A stretch of DNA of 63,980 nucleotides, counting the filler, from Dirinaria sp. TL-2023a (taxonomy: Eukaryota): the NCBI GenBank assembly GCA_051941275.1. It is 4 parts of 4 records of this genome, joined end to end, with 100 filler letters (N's around TTAATTAATTAA, not from the genome) between each part and the next. Parts side by side here need not be neighbours in the genome. Positions count along the whole stretch, not along the records: positions 48,265 to 63,980 come from JAVEBF010000531.1; 3 more parts are not named here. One strand, written 5' to 3'. Within the stretch, counting starts at the first letter, position 1, and every line of letters starts with the position of its first letter. A program made the position numbers and the translations under genes. The notes under the pieces are model-generated. The model had not been told where the DNA came from. It searched no databases and saw nothing but the letters and a program-made list of their open reading frames with translations. Positions 59,102 to 63,980 of the stretch are shown piece after piece.

Positions 59102-60932
59102 ATGATGTTAATCTGGCCACTCCGGGTCTACGCTACCCTGGTAATCCTTAATAGGGCTAAAGCGGCTTCAGCTCCGACCTGGCCCTCGCCAGTTGATGAG
59201 CTGGAAGATATCATGCTGCTTAATACTGGTTACAATGCTCGAGGCTTCGCAACAGCTGTCACGCCTTGCTCCTTCTCTGCCCAAGGGAACGGGCGTATCG
59301 CTGCCGCGGAATGGATTCGAACAGCCTTCCACGATATGGCTACGGGCAACGTCTTCACAGGTGAAGGTGGGCTGGACGCCTCACTGGTTTTCGAGCTCGG
59401 TGGTGATAATATCGGCGCTGCTTTTCAGACCACGTTGACAACGTTCGCGCCTTTCCTGTCTAGTCGGTCCTCCATGGCGGATATCATTGCTTTGGGTGTA
59501 TACACTGCAGTACGGACCTGCGGAGGGCCTGTAGTGCCTGTCAAGACCGGCAGAATCGATGCAACGGAGGCAGGGCCCCCTGGAGTACCGTTGCCACAGA
59601 ATTCACTCTATACCTTTGAGCAGCAGTTCCTCAGGACCGGTTTCAATACCACTGAGATGATTACTGTGACGGCGTGCGGCCACACGTTAGGCGGCGTGCA
59701 TGCGGAAGACTTCCCGCAAATTGTTACAGCTGGATCTGCGCCGAATAACTTCGTGCATTTTGATTCGACGACGAAATTCGACGAGAAAATCGCTTCGGAG
59801 TACGCCGCCGGCAAAAGCACCGATCCTCTTGTGGTTGGACCGTCCATAGCTTCTGGTCGAGCTTCTGACGCCCGCGTCTTCGGTGCTGATGGCAATGTGA
59901 CCATCAAAGCGTTGGCGAATCCGGCTACGTTTGCGAGCAGGTGTTCGACAATGTTGCAGAAGATGATTGAAGTTGTCCCGAGTGGCACTACTCTCACAGA
60001 TCCGATTGTCCCGTACGAGATCAAGCCTGACAAACTTCAATTGACTTTACTTGATGGGGGTGCACAACTTTTGTTCGAGGGAGAAATAAGGGTCAGGACC
60101 ACGTCTCGCCAGGTCTCCGGGCTTGCGCTTGTCTACAAAGACCGCAGCGGTAAAGACTGTACCGGCTGCAAGATTGTTGCGGCTTCGAAAGGAACCGCAG
60201 CTGGATTTGATGATACTTTCTCGGTGGGTATTAAGCTACTACGAGTAACTCATAAACATGGCTAACGATAAATGTAGTTCTTTGGATTTTCCTCAAAAAT
60301 TGATTCCACCTCTTCTATCTCGGGCTTCATTGTCATTCTTACACTTGCGAACGGTCATACTGAAATCCATGAAAACAATGGGAACGTATTTCCTGTCCAG
60401 GATACGATAATGCTGCAATCTCCTCAAAGCTGTGTGAGCGGCGGGTCCGATCTGACAGTCGTCGCTGCGGTAAGTCTGGCATTATTGATCCTAATCACAA
60501 TGCTGCACCCCACTTTGCTTGTCTTGAGGAATTTAATTCCCCCTTTGAGGCTCATCAAACACGTTACGCCTTTCTCATGTTTCCGAGCTTCTGCTTTAGA
60601 ATTGCTTTCTGGTCCCGGAAAATCGCTCCAATGGATTCCGCCACATGCTAATTATAGTTCAGGTGCGCTCGTCCAGTAGCTCTGCTGTCAGTTTGGATCT
60701 CACGCTCAAGGTACCAAGGGACGGTATCATCGTCCCCGGACTGCAGAATCAGTCCGTGGCGATGACTGAGAAATCGAAGGTGGGCCCTTACAGCCTTTAT
60801 CAAGCCAGCTACAACTTGAATTCGTCTCAAACGCAAAACACTAAATTCGACGTCTCGACCGGTGCTGTCGCAGACAGCTTCAAGAGCACGGGTGATTTAT
60901 CATCGGCTTGCAAATCCCTAGGCTCAAGCTAG
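59102..60932 (+). CDS. Secreted heme peroxidase (peroxidase-catalase superfamily), 3 exons
   Basis: Signal peptide; distal WIRTAFHDMA; GGLDAS; GRIDA; proximal ACGHTLGGVH; introns 60224-60277 and 60470-60662; ends ...ACKSLGSS*. Confidence 0.87.
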
Positions 60933-61848
60933 TCGTAGCCTGCAAATACAAGACCCTCCCCAACCTCTCTGAAAATTCTTCTCACACTCCGGTGCGATCT
61001 ACTCGCCTAAGCAAGAAGCCGTATCCACCGAAGCAGACTTCTCCGACACGTGCCCTTCTGCACTCGAGATCTGACGGTTTATCTCGTCCATTCCGTTAAG
61101 CCTACGAACACTCGCGGAGACATCGATCTCAATAGCAGCACGGCGTACACAACTGCACAACATCCTGTTCCAGACAGAATCATTTCGACTCACAATTTGG
61201 CCGCTATATTATCGTTGGAATAGCTCTGCAAACCCGAGTTCAGGAGCCCCAGCCTCGGCTAGCTCCATGAAGTGCGCTGGAGGATATACGTCTGTAGCGC
61301 TGCCAAAAGCACAGCAGAGCAGGGGTCTATCGCGGAGATGTACAGAAGCATGACAGGTTACAAGGAACGGTCCTCTCGGCGCATGCTCATTGAGAAATGT
61401 GTCAATGTCAACCGAGTGCAGTGCTAGAAAAGTATCTACTTCTTCGCAAGGCGAACACCTTGGCGCTGTCAAAGATAAATCCCTCTCCTTATCTCGTGCC
61501 CTGTCGATCCCGCAACTGTAAACACTTCGACCGCCTCCGTACCTGATCCTCGCACCTTTCCCTTTCAGGAAGGTCGATGTTGCGATTCCTTGAAGCAGCA
61601 TGCTTACCTATTCGCCTTACCCAAATCCACTCCAATCTGATACTTCCTTCGGATAGGCCACGCGAGATGGTGTTGATAGGAAAACGTGAATTGATAATCG
61701 TGCATGATAATGTACCCCGTACCTCGTACCTGGGGTAAGATGCACGCTTTCCATATGCGATACAAATACTCTCATTGACGATTATCTTTCCTGCCTCTGC
61801 ACGTAACTTAGCATAGCCTCACCCTTGCTCAGTTGATTCAATTCAAGT

Positions 61849-63980
61849 ATGCGGGAAATAATAATCTGTATCGCCGTCTTCATATTCTCGAAATTCGCTC
61901 TCTCGTCCATTACTTCCCTTGGGCAGGTTGTTGCCGTCAACACCATCCCGTACTATGTCCCTGCTGTACCTGTCACTCGTATACAGACCAGTTCCCTCCG
62001 TGGTGTAGATAGTACTGGCGGCCTCGTCCCCGCAACTGTGGTGGATGCATCCAATGTGTCGATCAGTTCCATCGTTGAGAGTTATGCGCGGCTTGACGAT
62101 GTGTGGAATGATGGCTTTTTGGGAGGTAGGTTGTGGGATTTCGTGATTTGATAGTTTTGATATCGATCTTTTCTGTCCTGGGACTCATATGCTTTTGTCT
62201 TTTCGCTTGTTCAAGTGGCCGAGTTCTTGTGAATATTGAGTGAAGGTAGGGTGAAGCTGAAGCTACTTGAAGGGGGCTGGAATTTCCTAGCTTAGGATAT
62301 CTTTTCTCCAATCATTTTCTTTGATCGAATTCCTGCTTTTATTTTTTCTCTTGTGTAATCTGGAAATCCATAAAATAAGAGCTCTTGATTGACACGAAAT
62401 AGTCATCCTCATTCAAAAAAATAACTCAGCCACAAACAGCTCCTTAAACTCGAGCGTCATCATATCCATTCACCACTGTACTGTGCTTCCCCCCGGCCCG
62501 TACTTGGTTTCGACTTCAGGCGAAGTCTACCAGCCCTACCGCCTCTACACCGACTTCGCCGGCGCCTTTACGCAGCCGCTCATCCCAGGCTCCAATGGCA
62601 CCTTCGCAGCGCTTCCAGCTGCTGTGCCAGGAATCGATTCACCAGCCGTCGCCGTCCCTTCCCGCCTCTACTACACAAAGACCCCCTCCAAGCCACTTGC
62701 CGGCGTCCGGCTGGGGGTGAAGGACATCTACGACATAGCCGGTGTTCGCACGAGCGATGGAAACCGCGCTTTCTACGCACTGCACGCTCCTGCAAATGAA
62801 ACCGCGGTACCTGTTCAACGCCTAATCGACGCCGGGGCCGTGGTGATTGGCAAGATGAAGACGAGCCAGTTCGCCAACGGAGAGCTGGCGACCGCGGACT
62901 GGGTCGACTACCACTCCCCCTTCAACCCGCGCGGGGACGGGTACCAAGACCCTTCTTCCTCCTCGTCCGGGCCAGGTGCAGGCGAAGCATCGTATCCCTG
63001 GCTGGACATCGCTCTCGGCTCAGACACAGGCGGCAGTATCCGTGGCCCGGCGCAGGTGCAGGGGCTTTTCGGCAACCGTCCCAGCCATGGCCTTGTGCCG
63101 CTGACGAATGTCATGCCGCTCGCTCCTCAGCTCGACACCGCGGGTTTCGAGGCCAGAGATCCGGCGCTGTGGACCGCCGCCGCCAAAGTTTTGTATCCGT
63201 CCCTCAAATCGTACAGCAAATACCCCAAAAAGCTGTACACGGTGGGATTCCCGGCCAACGCCTCGGCGGGGGGCTCAGATGCCGTCGTGCTTGGGTTTTT
63301 GGCGAAGCTGGAGAAGTTTCTTGCTACCCAAGCCACGGTTTTCGATTACGATGCTCTGTGGAACGCTACGAGGCCCGTTGAAGCGGGAGGCGCGAGCTTG
63401 GATGATTTTTTGAATATCACGTACCCCATCATCATCTCGAAAGAGCAGATCCGACTCGTTCGGGATCCTTTCTACGCTGAGTACGGGGCGCTGCGCGATG
63501 GAAGGAGACCGTTTGTTGATCCAGTGCCTTTGGTGAGCCACGTCAAATATATCAAATCTATATGTAGGCCATTTGCTGATGTCCATGGCAAGGTACGCTG
63601 GGCCTTTGGCGACTCGTATCCGAACTCGACCCTCACGCAAGCGCTTCATAATAAGACCGTGTTCATGGACTGGTGGAATACGCATGTGCTGAAGCCCGAT
63701 AATACGACGTGCTCGGATAGTCTGCTGTTGTATACGACGGGGGATGAGATCCAGTATCGGAATGAGTATAACGGGTGAGTATATAGTCATCCCCTCCTTT
63801 TTTTTCTTTTCTTTTTTTCTTTTTTCCTCAACTTACAACCGCACCCTCTCTCCCTTGGAAAAACAAAAAAAACAAAAAACAAAAAACAAAAAACCTTGCT
63901 AACGAGTCATCCAAAGACCTCCAAGCGCACCCTACGGCTTCGGCACAAGCCGCATCTCGCCATTCACAGAGGTGCCGGAC
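61849..63980 (+). CDS. Secreted amidase-signature protein (GatA-like annotation family), continues past the window end
   Basis: Signal peptide; [10 protein letters not shown] (Lys); [22 protein letters not shown] (Ser-cisSer-Lys triad); GNRPSHG; several introns. Confidence 0.9.

Noticed and set aside
61849..63980. True mitochondrial GatA (glutamyl-tRNA amidotransferase subunit A)
   Set aside because: It has a secretion signal and N-terminal extension; better called a secreted amidase-signature protein.
1..63980. CRISPR arrays, rRNA or tRNA genes
   Set aside because: No repeat-spacer structure or recognisable RNA gene seen by eye; tRNAscan-SE/Infernal would be needed to exclude small RNAs.

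Overview
Intron-rich filamentous ascomycete (Pezizomycotina) DNA. It is made of four contigs of about 16 kb (1-16009, 16110-32098, 32199-48164, 48265-63980) joined by artificial N44-TTAATTAATTAA-N44 spacers, so synteny across the gaps cannot be trusted. Contig 1 is a compact meroterpenoid tailoring cluster: secreted FAD oxidase, UbiA prenyltransferase, Zn2Cys6 regulator, SDR, MBOAT acyltransferase and P450. Its content matches the yanuthone/macrophorin (yan/mac) type; no PKS is visible, and a TCGGCCGA palindrome recurs in its intergenic DNA. Contig 2 has a hybrid histidine kinase, a Vcx1-like Ca2+/H+ exchanger with a probable 3-nt micro-exon, a metallo-beta-lactamase-fold protein and an Ssh4-like SPRY protein. 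Contig 3 is an island of co-oriented orphan genes followed by RIT1; two orphans share an unnamed RP..I.E / SY..Q...LQ..F / W..G domain, one is frameshifted, and there is a tiny Cys-rich ORF. Contig 4 has URA9 (GC-AG intron), ERG28, complex I NDUFA5, a DvrA/RfeC-like C2H2 factor, a secreted heme peroxidase and a secreted amidase. Exon boundaries were inferred by eye from GT/AG signals and protein motifs; no database searches were run.
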